In this document: positions 27,909 to 38,146 of the stretch, one piece after another
Layout of the letters: the number at the start of each line of letters is the position of its first letter
Numbering within the stretch: the stretch's first letter is position 1
IMG/VR virus record: IMGVR_UViG_3300044733_004754
From: a virus
Length of the DNA stretch: 64,000 nt
Reading direction: 5' to 3' (one strand)
The notes under the pieces: generated by a model
Database searches by the model: none
Told to the model about the DNA's origin: nothing
The model's input: only the letters and a program-made list of their open reading frames with translations
Program-made: the position numbers and the translations under genes

Positions 27909-28090
27909 ATGATTTTGAAGTGCATCAACGAGGAACGGCTGAGGAGCTACGTCGTTCACGTGACCTAGCTAATACTATCGAGCAGCTCATTGTTCAATAT
28001 GGGGAAGGTATTGTTCCACATACTATCCTTCAAAAATATAAAGAGCTTAGACAAATATATGCAAGACATATCGCAAGCGAGGAGTGTTAA
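27905..28090 (+). CDS. Hypothetical protein
   Basis: 61-aa ORF coupled to both neighbours. Confidence 0.6.
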   Translation: MNDFEVHQRGTAEELRRSRDLANTIEQLIVQYGEGIVPHTILQKYKELRQIYARHIASEEC

Positions 28091-29118
28091 TGAGTGAATT
28101 TTTACGTGATCTGATTAAGGAACTTAAAGATGAAGACACTTCTTTGGCCTCTGACGGCTCTGGTAGTGCTGAGTTTGGGGGTTTTATTGATACTGGTAGC
28201 TACATTCTCAACGCTGTTCTCTCGGGTAGCCTCTATGGTGGCGTACCTGATAATAAAGTTACTGCATTTGCAGGCGAGTCCGCTACTGGTAAGACTTACT
28301 TCGTTCTTGGGGTCGTCAGGAGTTTCCTCGACAAACATCCCAAAGGAGCAGTCGTCTACTACGACACAGAAGCAGCCGTAACAAAGCATATGATGGAGGA
28401 GCGTGGTATTGACACGTCTCGTGTTATCATTGCTGAGCCTGATACCATTCAGAAGTTTAAAACCCATGCATTGAAATTGCTCGATGCATACGAACAAAAA
28501 GAAGAAGCATCACGTCCACCGATGATGTTTGTGTTGGATAGCTTGGGAATGCTTTCTACTTCCAAAGAGATGGAAGATAGTCTCGAAGGTAAAGATACCA
28601 GAGACATGACTAAAGCACAGATTATTAAAGCAGCTTTTAGAGTGTTGACTCTTAAACTAGCGAAGGTGAGAATCCCTCTGCTTGTAACTAATCACGTCTA
28701 TGAACTCGTCGGTTCATACGTGCCAACAAAGGAGCTCGGTGGTGGAACAGGACTTAAATATGCGGCTAGCACTATTGCTATGCTCTCCAAACGTAAGGAA
28801 AAAGATGGCACTGACGTCGTCGGAAACATTGTCAAGATCAAAATGTACAAATCCCGACTTTCAAAAGAAAACAGTCAAGCAGAAGTGTTACTTACTTACG
28901 CCAAAGGACTTGACAGGTACTACGGTCTCCTTGAGCTAGCAGAGAAGTACGGAGTATTTAAAAAGGTGTCTACACGATATCAACTACCAGACGGTACGAG
29001 TGCCTTTGGTAAAAATATTAATGAAGACCCAGAAAAATATTATACTGATGAAGTGATGAAGCTGCTGGAAGCAGCAGCACAACAAGAATTTAAATATGGA
29101 GTGAATACAAATGAGTGA
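28090..29118 (+). CDS. uvsX: UvsX RecA-like recombinase
   Basis: IDTGSY, AGESATGKT, DSLG, TNHVY, GGGTGLKYAAS. Confidence 0.95.
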   Translation: MSEFLRDLIKELKDEDTSLASDGSGSAEFGGFIDTGSYILNAVLSGSLYGGVPDNKVTAFAGESATGKTYFVLGVVRSFLDKHPKGAVVYYDTEAAVTKHMMEERGIDTSRVIIAEPDTIQKFKTHALKLLDAYEQKEEASRPPMMFVLDSLGMLSTSKEMEDSLEGKDTRDMTKAQIIKAAFRVLTLKLAKVRIPLLVTNHVYELVGSYVPTKELGGGTGLKYAASTIAMLSKRKEKDGTDVVGNIVKIKMYKSRLSKENSQAEVLLTYAKGLDRYYGLLELAEKYGVFKKVSTRYQLPDGTSAFGKNINEDPEKYYTDEVMKLLEAAAQQEFKYGVNTNE

Positions 29119-29767
29119 AAATGCCCTTGTCCCAGCAGAATCTGCTTCTTACACAGCAGCTACCACGGAGTTTAATAAGCTGAATTATCAGCCTATTTTT
29201 CCGACTCTTATTACAACGGTCAAATTGGATCTTCCTGTTGCTGAAATGAAGGCCGGTCTCCTTCAGCTTGCAGGTGAATCACAAAACTACGAAGGTGGGT
29301 TTACTACGTTCTTTAATCGTCAAGAGCTAGATCATGTTTCGGGAATCAAGCAGCTTAAAGAAGCCATCTATGGCATTGCCTGTGCATTTGGGCGAGAATT
29401 GAAATACGAATGCAATTACGATAAATGTTCTATCCAACTCTGGGTTAATGTTATGAGGAAAGGTGGCTATCACCCACCTCATAACCATGCACGTTCCACC
29501 TTCTCTGGGACGTATTATGCAGAGGTGAATGATAACATGAGTCCTTTCGTGTTTTTTAACCCAACGAAAGACCTACGTATGCATGATCCAGTTGTACGGC
29601 CAGAAGATGCTGGTCCGTTTACTTCCGAGCAGATGATCATCAAACCAGAAACCGGATCTCTTTCCATGTGGCCGTCGTGGTTGTATCATCACGTACCACA
29701 AATGAATGTAGATGGTCCACGTGTTTCACTTTCCTTCAATGTAGATTTTCTTCCGCCAGGAGCATAA
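29111..29767 (+). CDS. 2OG-Fe(II) oxygenase-like protein
   Basis: WVN, HPPHNH, SGTYY, WPSWLYHHV, RVSLSFN. Confidence 0.85.
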   Translation: MSENALVPAESASYTAATTEFNKLNYQPIFPTLITTVKLDLPVAEMKAGLLQLAGESQNYEGGFTTFFNRQELDHVSGIKQLKEAIYGIACAFGRELKYECNYDKCSIQLWVNVMRKGGYHPPHNHARSTFSGTYYAEVNDNMSPFVFFNPTKDLRMHDPVVRPEDAGPFTSEQMIIKPETGSLSMWPSWLYHHVPQMNVDGPRVSLSFNVDFLPPGA

Positions 29768-31138
29768 ATGGTTGTTGAAGATTTGATCTTTAGTAATCTG
29801 ATCTTCAATGAAGGGTATGGTCGAAAGGTCATACCCTTTTTAGTTCACGATTACTTTAGCAGTAGAATTGATAAAGAAATCTTCAAAGCGATCACTGGTT
29901 ATGTTGATCGTTTTAATAGCTTTCCGAATCAGGTAGCTCTATCGATTGAACTTGAGAACGCTCGCACTCTCAGTCAAGACGAGTTTGTTCAAGCTAAACA
30001 AAAAATCGACACATATTGTGATCAGCAGAACGATGTTGATTGGTTAGTTGACCAGACAGAAAAGTTTTGCAAGGATCGAGCGATCTATAATGCTATTTCT
30101 GAATCAATAAAGATTCTTGACGATAAGTCGGGTAAAACGAATCCAAATTCCATTCCTTCGCTGCTTGAACAAGCTCTGTCTGTTTCATTTGATACTCAGA
30201 TCGGTCATGACTTCTTTGATGACGTTGATCAACGGTATGAGTTCTATCACAAAAAAGAAGAGCGTATTCCTTTCGATATTGATTTTCTCAATAAGATATC
30301 CAAGGGCGGATTGCCCCGCAAAACATTAAATGTAGCGCTTGCAGGCACTGGCGTTGGTAAATCACTTTTTATGTGTCATTGTGCTGCTGCCAATATTGTT
30401 CAGGGCAAGAATGTTCTTTACATTACGATGGAAATGGCTGAAGAAAGAATTGCCGAACGTATTGATGCAAATCTCATGAACGTGACAGTTGATGATCTTG
30501 CGTTATTACCCAGAGACGCTTTTGAAAAGAAGATAGAGAGGGTGAAAGAAAAGACTGTAGGAAAGCTGATAATCAAGGAATACCCAACATCATCAGCAGG
30601 TGCTGCAAACTTTCGACATCTACTCAATGAACTTAGTTTAAAGAAGAAATTCAAGCCCGACATAATTTACATTGACTATCTTAACATATGTGCATCAAGT
30701 CGTCTTAAACAATCCGCTAACGTCAATTCATATACATATGTAAAAGCTATCGCTGAAGAGATTAGAGGACTAGCTGTTGAGTTTAATGTGCCTATTGTGT
30801 CCGCAACGCAGACAAATAGAGCTGGATATTCAAGCTCTGATGTAGGTCTTGAAAATACATCCGAATCGTTTGGCTTACCAGCAACAGTAGATATGATGTT
30901 TGCTATAATTTCATCCGAGGAACTGGAAGACTTGAACCAACTTATGTTTAAACAATTGAAAAACAGATATGCGGATCCTTCCAAGTTTCGTAAGTTTGTC
31001 GTAGGCGTAGACAGAGCGAAGATGAAGCTCTACGACGTCGAACAATCAGCACAAGATGATCTTATGCCAGATACTGCGTTGTTCGATAAAGACACCAATC
31101 GAAAATTTACTAAAGATATATTTAAAGGATTTAGTTGA
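29768..31138 (+). CDS. gp41: Replicative DNA helicase gp41
   Basis: LAGTGVGKS, EMAEE, KEYPT, IDYLN, ATQTNR, SESFGLPAT. Confidence 0.96.
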   Translation: MVVEDLIFSNLIFNEGYGRKVIPFLVHDYFSSRIDKEIFKAITGYVDRFNSFPNQVALSIELENARTLSQDEFVQAKQKIDTYCDQQNDVDWLVDQTEKFCKDRAIYNAISESIKILDDKSGKTNPNSIPSLLEQALSVSFDTQIGHDFFDDVDQRYEFYHKKEERIPFDIDFLNKISKGGLPRKTLNVALAGTGVGKSLFMCHCAAANIVQGKNVLYITMEMAEERIAERIDANLMNVTVDDLALLPRDAFEKKIERVKEKTVGKLIIKEYPTSSAGAANFRHLLNELSLKKKFKPDIIYIDYLNICASSRLKQSANVNSYTYVKAIAEEIRGLAVEFNVPIVSATQTNRAGYSSSDVGLENTSESFGLPATVDMMFAIISSEELEDLNQLMFKQLKNRYADPSKFRKFVVGVDRAKMKLYDVEQSAQDDLMPDTALFDKDTNRKFTKDIFKGFS

Positions 31139-31317
31139 TGCTCCCCACACAATTCATCTTGTGGTTGATTATATTTCCACTTGTTGTTTGTGGCTTTTTA
31201 ATAAACACTTCAGTAAGGGCATTCATATTTTTATTTAACTGTCCGTTTGATACATGGCGGTACATAGGAAAGAGTTTAGATGAAATACAGCTAGAAGAAA
31301 AAAATAGAAGAGAATGA
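31138..31317 (+). CDS. Small membrane protein
   Basis: Hydrophobic N-terminal half; coupled to neighbours. Confidence 0.5.
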   Translation: MLPTQFILWLIIFPLVVCGFLINTSVRAFIFLFNCPFDTWRYIGKSLDEIQLEEKNRRE

Positions 31318-31760
31318 AAGTATTAGTAACCGGCTCCAAAGACCCCTATCTTGAACAGGAAATACTTGCAGCGTCAAGATTCTTTGGAAAAGAGCTTCTA
31401 TCAAAACAATTAATAAAACATATACATCTTGAAATCATAGTTGTATCGACCAGTCCTGATCTCGGTAACTGTTGCATTACGTATTATAATGATTGGTACA
31501 AAGCACGTGAATTTGAGATCCAACTTAAACGAAAGAAATCTACTGACAGTATGATACAAACCCTCGCTCATGAAATGGTACATCTCAAACAATTTGCAAT
31601 GGGTGAGCTTAACGATGAACATACAAAGTGGAAAAGCGTGCCAATAGATTCTAACAAATTGGAATACCACGATTTACCTTGGGAAGTAGAGGCTTCTTCG
31701 CTTGAATATATACTATTCTCTATGTACCAAGAATACAAACAGCATTTACTTAGGAGTTAA
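31314..31760 (+). CDS. HExxH zinc metallopeptidase-like protein
   Basis: TLAHEMVHLKQ...PWEVEA. Confidence 0.8.
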   Translation: MKVLVTGSKDPYLEQEILAASRFFGKELLSKQLIKHIHLEIIVVSTSPDLGNCCITYYNDWYKAREFEIQLKRKKSTDSMIQTLAHEMVHLKQFAMGELNDEHTKWKSVPIDSNKLEYHDLPWEVEASSLEYILFSMYQEYKQHLLRS

Positions 31761-31761
31761 C

Positions 31762-32343
31762 ATGGATAAAGCAACAATAGCCTCAGCATTTACACGGTAT
31801 GGAACTGATAAGGGTCCAAGACGACACAATTATCAGACTGCATATGCAAGTATTTTCAGTGATTGGACACCAGAATCATTACTTGAGATAGGTGTATGGG
31901 AAGGAGCTTCATTAGCTGCTTGGAAAGACTTGTTCCCCGAGGCCACACTTGCTGGTATTGAATTGAGACGGTATGAAACTATGGAGGCTGCCGCAAATAT
32001 ACCTATGTTCCATGGTAACTCGACGAGTAAAGAATTTATTGATTCGGTTGTCACAACACAATATGATGTCATTATTGATGATGGCGATCATCGTCCTGAT
32101 GTTATGTGGAAAACATTCCTCAATCTTGAGGATAAATGGAAAAAATATTACATATTTGAAGACGTGTGTTTGGAAGAAAATGAAAAACTTCTACGCAGAC
32201 GACTGCTTAGTAGAGGATATCGCAACATTAATACATTCACCTCCTCATTTAATGATCCAAAGACAAATCTTCGTGGATGGGTGCAGGTTCAAGGTGAGAA
32301 GGTATATCCGCCGTTTTATATTACGATTGTGTCGAGGGAATGA
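31762..32343 (+). CDS. SAM-dependent methyltransferase (sugar O-methyltransferase-like)
   Basis: GTDK, LLEIGVWEGASL, DVIIDDGDH, YIFED. Confidence 0.8.
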   Translation: MDKATIASAFTRYGTDKGPRRHNYQTAYASIFSDWTPESLLEIGVWEGASLAAWKDLFPEATLAGIELRRYETMEAAANIPMFHGNSTSKEFIDSVVTTQYDVIIDDGDHRPDVMWKTFLNLEDKWKKYYIFEDVCLEENEKLLRRRLLSRGYRNINTFTSSFNDPKTNLRGWVQVQGEKVYPPFYITIVSRE

Positions 32344-33144
32344 TTGATAGATATACAGTGGAAAGGGAAAGTGGGGTATGGCGATATCGTATCCCCCATT
32401 TGTTATGCACACAATATTTCAAACAAACTTCAAGTACCAGTCAATTTAACATTTCGTTGGGCACATGGATCTGACCATAAGATCCACCCTCATGATCCTG
32501 AAACCTTATGGGAACGTGCATCATATATTGAGCGTGCTTGTTACAAAGGAAGCACACAGGTAAGTGTTTTTCATAAATTTAAAAATCCTCTCGATATAAA
32601 TCATACTAACTATGATTGGGAGGTTGTTGGTAAAGATCCTTTGCATAACTATTGGTTTCCGACAAAACCAAACAGAACACAAAGCAATCTTATTGTTGTG
32701 AATTCAACACAGGGCAATTCACAGTCTTTAAAAGAATATGGCAAAGAATGGAAAGATCCTGCTGCACCCTTTTGGCCCAAAATTATTGAACGAATACAAC
32801 AAAGAGGATTTGAAGTAGAGGTGGTGGATTATAGAACATCGGTTCATCACCTAATAAATATTTTAAGACAAGCAAAAGGGTTTGTTGGATATCATGGTAC
32901 CGCTGCTTGGCCCGCGAAGTTTATGCATGTGCCGAGTGTTCTTTTTGCTGACGGTGGTTCTTTGACGTCAAGATCTTTTTGCTACGCTTTTGTAGAGAGA
33001 CATGCGTCGCGCTGGAAAGAAGTAGTAGACAATCTCGATTCTTACTTGTCATATTCCCAGCAGAAGATTGAAGAAACAAAAAAAGCATATAAAACATATA
33101 TGCCTAGTAAAAAATTTTTAGGACATCTTGTTTATGGGTTTTAA
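32344..33144 (+). CDS. Putative GT-B glycosyltransferase-like protein
   Basis: GYGD near N-terminus and FVGYHGTAAW resemble GT9-type motifs; in glycosylation cluster. Confidence 0.5.
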   Translation: MIDIQWKGKVGYGDIVSPICYAHNISNKLQVPVNLTFRWAHGSDHKIHPHDPETLWERASYIERACYKGSTQVSVFHKFKNPLDINHTNYDWEVVGKDPLHNYWFPTKPNRTQSNLIVVNSTQGNSQSLKEYGKEWKDPAAPFWPKIIERIQQRGFEVEVVDYRTSVHHLINILRQAKGFVGYHGTAAWPAKFMHVPSVLFADGGSLTSRSFCYAFVERHASRWKEVVDNLDSYLSYSQQKIEETKKAYKTYMPSKKFLGHLVYGF

Positions 33145-33820
33145 TGTCTACATAGGTTACGATGAACGTGAGGATATAGCGGCACAGGTGTGCAAGTTCT
33201 CTATTACATCGCGCTGTTCTCAACCAGTCGATGTTAATTTTCTAAAAAGCAAAGATATACCTGAATTCACAAGACCGCGAGAACCTCAACAGTCAACGGA
33301 TTTTACCTATACCCGGTTTTTAATTCCGTATTTACAAGATTATCTACCTGGGTTTTCTATCTTCTGCGATTGTGACTTTCTTTTCCTAGTAGACATAGAA
33401 GACCTGATACAAAATATTGACCCGAATATGGCTATCAGTGTATGTAAACATCCAGCATATATTCCACGTTCAGCAATCAAAATGGACGGTGTTGTCCAGC
33501 ATACTATGCTACGAAAAAATTGGGCCAGTTTAATTGTGTTTAACAATGCGCATCCATCGAATCAATTACTTACCCCAGGATATATAAACACAGTCACACC
33601 GGGACGTAAACTTCATCTGCTTGATTGGTTGAAAGATGATGAGATAGGAAGTATTCCATTGAACTGGAATGTGTTGGATGATTACTACCATCTCACTGAT
33701 CTGAAGGCAATCCATTATACCGATGGTGGGCCTTGGTTTGATAATTATCGAAACACGATGTATTCACATTATTGGATGAAAGAGTATGACACCTTCCAAA
33801 GAACTACAAGCAAGTATTGA
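33134..33820 (+). CDS. GT-A (GT8-like) glycosyltransferase
   Basis: YIGYD, STDFTYTRF, FCDCDFL, RKNWAS, HYTDGGPW. Confidence 0.85.
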   Translation: MGFNVYIGYDEREDIAAQVCKFSITSRCSQPVDVNFLKSKDIPEFTRPREPQQSTDFTYTRFLIPYLQDYLPGFSIFCDCDFLFLVDIEDLIQNIDPNMAISVCKHPAYIPRSAIKMDGVVQHTMLRKNWASLIVFNNAHPSNQLLTPGYINTVTPGRKLHLLDWLKDDEIGSIPLNWNVLDDYYHLTDLKAIHYTDGGPWFDNYRNTMYSHYWMKEYDTFQRTTSKY

Positions 33821-34298
33821 TATACATAAGCAGTTTGTTGAAGAACGTTCCAGTATGTTCAGAGGATATTCAATACTCCCATATGTACCTGAACTAATGA
33901 GCCTCATTCGCAACTCAAACATATCTTCCTGTTTAGATTATGGGTGTGGTCGTGGTGAGGCATGGGAGCTACATAACTTAAAAAAACTTTTTGATTTGAA
34001 AGATCTTTATCTCTATGATCCGACCATAGCAGAATTTCAGAATCGTCCCAATAATCAAGTTGATCTTGTCATATGTATTGATGTGATGGAACACGTACCA
34101 GAGCATTGTGTTGAGGAAGTTTTGGATGATGTAGCTTTCTTTGCTAAAAAAGCCATATTTTTCAATATTTCAACTAGACCCGCAGCGAAAGTATTACCAA
34201 ACGGATCAAACGCGCATCAAACAGTACGACCCCGTGAGTGGTGGCAGGAAAAGATCAACACGATGAACAAACTTGTTATCACGTATTATTCCTCATGA
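33786..34298 (+). CDS. SAM-dependent methyltransferase
   Basis: LDYGCGRG, YDP, DVMEHVPE, NAH. Confidence 0.85.
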   Translation: MTPSKELQASIDIHKQFVEERSSMFRGYSILPYVPELMSLIRNSNISSCLDYGCGRGEAWELHNLKKLFDLKDLYLYDPTIAEFQNRPNNQVDLVICIDVMEHVPEHCVEEVLDDVAFFAKKAIFFNISTRPAAKVLPNGSNAHQTVRPREWWQEKINTMNKLVITYYSS

Positions 34299-35047
34299 TA
34301 TCGATAAATGTCACGTATTATAATGAACCACATTTCCTCAAGTGGTGGTACGAGGCCATGTTACGTATGGAAGATCAACAATGTCCTTACATTCTTAATA
34401 TTGGTGACGATGGATCAATGCGTGATCCGGCAATAAATTTCTTTGAAAAGAATCCACCAACAAAAAACATGCGTTTGTTTCGTGTGAAAGAGGATATTGG
34501 TTTCAATTCCCACGGTACACGTAACTTGTTAATGCGAGAAACCACAACAGATTGGAATTTAAATTCTGACATCGATAGACGCTATCCCGACACTACCCTT
34601 CGTTCAATTCATAAGAACGAAAAGAATCTGAAACCGAGTTTATATTATTCCTTTTGGGAAAAAATACAATCTTCTCATGATAGATTTTCTGTGAATGAAT
34701 ATCTTGTTCATAAAGAAACTTTTTGGAAGACAGGTGGCTACGATGAAGAATTTGTAAATATTCATTTTGGTGATCGCTATTTTCTTGATGCATTAAGAAG
34801 GGTCGCTAAGAGAAAAAAGATCGATTTTTGGCACGTTAAATATGTACGCGGTGCTCGTGACGTTACATGGACAGATGTGCCATTTACTATATACCCCGAT
34901 GATAAGACGCTTATACATCCTAATGATAGATGGGCTAATGAAGAGTTTCGTTTTGCATTAAAGAAATTCGTCCAAGATAGAAACAAGACGCACGAAGGTC
35001 GTATGTCTAAGAAAGTTATCAACTTCGAATGGGAACGGATTTTCTAG
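34295..35047 (+). CDS. GT2/GT7-like glycosyltransferase
   Basis: GDDGS, RNL, SDID, GGYDEEF...GD. Confidence 0.8.
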   Translation: MISINVTYYNEPHFLKWWYEAMLRMEDQQCPYILNIGDDGSMRDPAINFFEKNPPTKNMRLFRVKEDIGFNSHGTRNLLMRETTTDWNLNSDIDRRYPDTTLRSIHKNEKNLKPSLYYSFWEKIQSSHDRFSVNEYLVHKETFWKTGGYDEEFVNIHFGDRYFLDALRRVAKRKKIDFWHVKYVRGARDVTWTDVPFTIYPDDKTLIHPNDRWANEEFRFALKKFVQDRNKTHEGRMSKKVINFEWERIF

Positions 35048-35050
35048 CAC

Positions 35051-36217
35051 ATGGCTCCACCAATTAAAACCGAGGTTCAAGACGCAACAATAGGGTTAGG
35101 GTATATTGGTGAAACAATACTACAGTGTGCGATTGCAGCACGTTTACAAATTAGAAACAGGTCAATCACAGCCAGCGATGTTGTAGAAAAAATTCGTGAT
35201 TTTGTTGAGGAGCGGAAAGGTAAAAATTGGAATCCTCCGCTGGGTAGTCGTAAAACAAAAATGATAACACGTGAACTCAGCTACTATGCTGTCAACATGA
35301 ATATAGCAGGAAAAGACCAAGTCGTTAACTACTTGTCGCTAAACAAAACAGCATATGACTTTCTTCAGTCAAATAGACTAACTCTCACGAAACGCAAAGA
35401 TACACGTCGTCTGATAGACGATTCTGTTAGGTATGTAAACAGCCGTGAACCAAAAGAGCATGCTGAATATTTCTATACAAACGGTTTCATAGATCTACTT
35501 GAAATCGTGTCTTTGGGCGTGATAGGACAACAAAAAGATGTTAGCGGTGACATATTAACAAAAGCTGATATTAAGACGTCGTATCGTGAAGGGTATGTAC
35601 CAGGTAAACGTAATAGTGGTACCCTTAAAGATTTTAACTTAAATTTATCTGTAAAAATACGTGGTGAAAAACAATTTGGTCAGGTGAGTGGTTTTGATGG
35701 TAGTAGAATGAACATATTTGCTTCTTCTGTAGGTGTAAAGTTAAGTCCAGGCGTAATCAATCAGATTAACGAAATAGCCAAAACAGTCCCAAAAAGTGAT
35801 ATTACTCGCGATGCTGTTGAGAAAGCACATAGACAAGCTATGGCAATAGTGTATCCTTTCATTGCTGAACAGATAAATCAAGGTCGGGTAGGGTTTGATA
35901 CATTCATAGATGGTATCTTTAACTTTATAGCTCTTCGCGACCCATCCGTTAGCATTATTGATATTGGCTCCGGGTATAAAAGATACGTTACACAAAAGCT
36001 ATCATATATTAAGGACGCTTCCGTAGGGTATCAAAGAAGGTTGCGAGCTGTATCCACCGAAACAGGAACAGGTAACTGGAACTTGAATGTATATGTTGAT
36101 AATAATCAAGGTTCTCAATACGTTGTAAAGTTGTCATCGCGGACGATTGGAACGATAGCAAGGAACTATATTACTTCGGGGATCGTGTTGCGAAAATGGT
36201 TAGCGGAATTAGAGTAA
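35051..36217 (+). CDS. Hypothetical protein, possible PD-(D/E)XK nuclease
   Basis: GYIGETIL helix with Glu, KADI...NLSVK pattern. Confidence 0.5.
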   Translation: MAPPIKTEVQDATIGLGYIGETILQCAIAARLQIRNRSITASDVVEKIRDFVEERKGKNWNPPLGSRKTKMITRELSYYAVNMNIAGKDQVVNYLSLNKTAYDFLQSNRLTLTKRKDTRRLIDDSVRYVNSREPKEHAEYFYTNGFIDLLEIVSLGVIGQQKDVSGDILTKADIKTSYREGYVPGKRNSGTLKDFNLNLSVKIRGEKQFGQVSGFDGSRMNIFASSVGVKLSPGVINQINEIAKTVPKSDITRDAVEKAHRQAMAIVYPFIAEQINQGRVGFDTFIDGIFNFIALRDPSVSIIDIGSGYKRYVTQKLSYIKDASVGYQRRLRAVSTETGTGNWNLNVYVDNNQGSQYVVKLSSRTIGTIARNYITSGIVLRKWLAELE

Positions 36218-36440
36218 AACCACAAGAAAGACCATAATGTTTCTTTTTGAAAAAAGTACGACTGTGTTCCTCCTATCGTATTTGGACGCTACTCAGAAGT
36301 TAATCAGTTTCTCACTAGAAACAATACCACACTCAGCCCCTCTTATCTTAAATCTAGCAACGCTTCAGATGACTATAAGTGTCACTTCTGACCTGCTATT
36401 AGAGTCACTAAAAAATTCAAATACGTAGTAATTGTAGGTT

Positions 36441-36448
36441 TATAAATA
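36441..36448 (+). promoter_or_regulatory. T4 late promoter TATAAATA
   Basis: Exact consensus about 40 nt upstream of the 36487 ORF. Confidence 0.8.
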
Positions 36449-36486
36449 CATCCAGAGTTAGGCTAAGGTAAACCTCTGAGGTATAC

Positions 36487-37833
36487 ATGGAAAAAAATAA
36501 AAAGAAAAACAACGGCAAAAAAGTTGTCGTTGATAAAAGTAATTCAAAATCACAGATCATTCTCAATCCTCCAGAAAAAGAGAATCCTGCTCCTTATAAA
36601 GAGCAATTTCTCAACGCTTTGAATAAACATCGTGTCTCGCTCGAGGAAAGAACAAAGATAGTTCTCACTGCCAAGTCTGTACAGATGGGTGTTCCTGCTT
36701 TTGTTTTAGAACAAGTATACCTCCGTGGCGCCAAATCATTGCCTGATAACTGTAATCTTACACGTGAACAATACGCAATGAATCGTGTTAATTCATTCAT
36801 TGCTGGAGGCGCAGCTTTGAAAGAAGATTCTGATTTACTACCTATTTTTGAACGCATTGGTATGAAAGGAACTGGTGGTGCTGGTCGTCCTCATATCAAA
36901 CGCGAAGTCAATCCATACAACCGTAAAATTGTGTTTCATGTTGTTGATGCAAAAGGTCGTGTGAAACATACTACAACTGATGAAATGGCAGCAAAGCGTC
37001 ACTTAGCATCGAAATATCAATCGTATATGGAAATGACCGAGAATCCTGCTAAGAGATTTGAAGGTACAAAGAGCCTTGTTAAAACGTACAAAGACGATAC
37101 ACCTGGCGAACAAAAGGAAGAGAAGATGAAAGGTAAAGATCCCTGCTGGAAAGGATATGAAATGGTTGGCCAGAAACTCAAGGCAGGCCGCAAAGTACCT
37201 AACTGCGTTCCAAAGAATGAAGAAGTTATCAATGAGGGTGAAGGTATTGTAACTCCAAGAAAAACAAGAGCGTCTTTTTTACCTCCTGCTCCAGGAACAT
37301 ACGCTCATGCTCTTAAAAGTGGTGAGTATGCAAAGTATGGCTTCACCAAATCCGGAAAGGAAACCGCAGCTAAAAAGCGCGAAGGAATGAAGAAAGAAGA
37401 AGTTGAGCAGGTTGATGAAGCTCATTTCAGAAACCAAGGCTTTCTAGGTGCTAATGCTAAGAGAGCATTTCGAAGTGCAGAACTTGCACATGAACTAGGT
37501 CACGAAGATAGAGGAAAAAAATCAAGTGACCCGCGCCGCGACGCTGTAATAAAATCGTATAACGAAAAACCACATGATGTTCACATCAACGGTAAAAAAT
37601 GGAAGACATTTGGATCATTCAGTCATGCACATAACGTAGCCAAAAAAATTAAAGGTGCTACCGTGCATGTTTCAGAAGAGTTAGCAATGGAACAAATGAA
37701 CACAAAAAAGCATGTTCGTTCTGGTGATCCAAACAAATCTGGTACATTTGAGCGTCAACCAGATGGAAGATTCAAGATGGTATCGAAGCTTGATGCTCTC
37801 AAGCAGCGACTCAAAGCTAAACACCAAAAGTAA
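36487..37833 (+). CDS. Late, modular, charged protein (putative head-internal polyprotein)
   Basis: Late promoter; K/E-rich modules incl. CWKGYEMVG..VPNCVP; many xEE/LxE junctions. Confidence 0.65.
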   Translation: MEKNKKKNNGKKVVVDKSNSKSQIILNPPEKENPAPYKEQFLNALNKHRVSLEERTKIVLTAKSVQMGVPAFVLEQVYLRGAKSLPDNCNLTREQYAMNRVNSFIAGGAALKEDSDLLPIFERIGMKGTGGAGRPHIKREVNPYNRKIVFHVVDAKGRVKHTTTDEMAAKRHLASKYQSYMEMTENPAKRFEGTKSLVKTYKDDTPGEQKEEKMKGKDPCWKGYEMVGQKLKAGRKVPNCVPKNEEVINEGEGIVTPRKTRASFLPPAPGTYAHALKSGEYAKYGFTKSGKETAAKKREGMKKEEVEQVDEAHFRNQGFLGANAKRAFRSAELAHELGHEDRGKKSSDPRRDAVIKSYNEKPHDVHINGKKWKTFGSFSHAHNVAKKIKGATVHVSEELAMEQMNTKKHVRSGDPNKSGTFERQPDGRFKMVSKLDALKQRLKAKHQK

Positions 37834-37842
37834 GAAAACAAC

Positions 37843-38145
37843 ATGCAGTCATTTAAAAATTTTTTGCTTGTTGAGTACAAAACACCTGCATGGTCACGCC
37901 GTGAAGGCAAGAACCCTGAGGGTGGTTTGAATCGTAAAGGTATTGCTTCTTATCGTGCTGCAAATCCTGGTTCAAAATTATCGATGGCTGTTACGACAAA
38001 ACCTTCCAAGTTAAAACCTGGAAGTAAGGCTGCCAATCGTCGCAAATCATTCTGTGCACGGATGAGTGGCGTTGATGGACCAATGAAGAAACCAAACGGT
38101 GAGCCTACTCGTAAGGCTCTCGCACTAAGAAAATGGAATTGCTAA
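37843..38145 (+). CDS. Basic putative internal head protein (DUF6321-like)
   Basis: MQSFKNFLLVE CTS-like start; EGKNPEGGLN, RRKSFCARM, RKWNC. Confidence 0.7.
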   Translation: MQSFKNFLLVEYKTPAWSRREGKNPEGGLNRKGIASYRAANPGSKLSMAVTTKPSKLKPGSKAANRRKSFCARMSGVDGPMKKPNGEPTRKALALRKWNC

Positions 38146-38146
38146 T

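Noticed and set aside
36237-36428. 63-aa ORF MFLFEKST...
   Set aside because: No RBS, atypical L/S/T-rich composition and no recognisable motif; treated as probably non-coding
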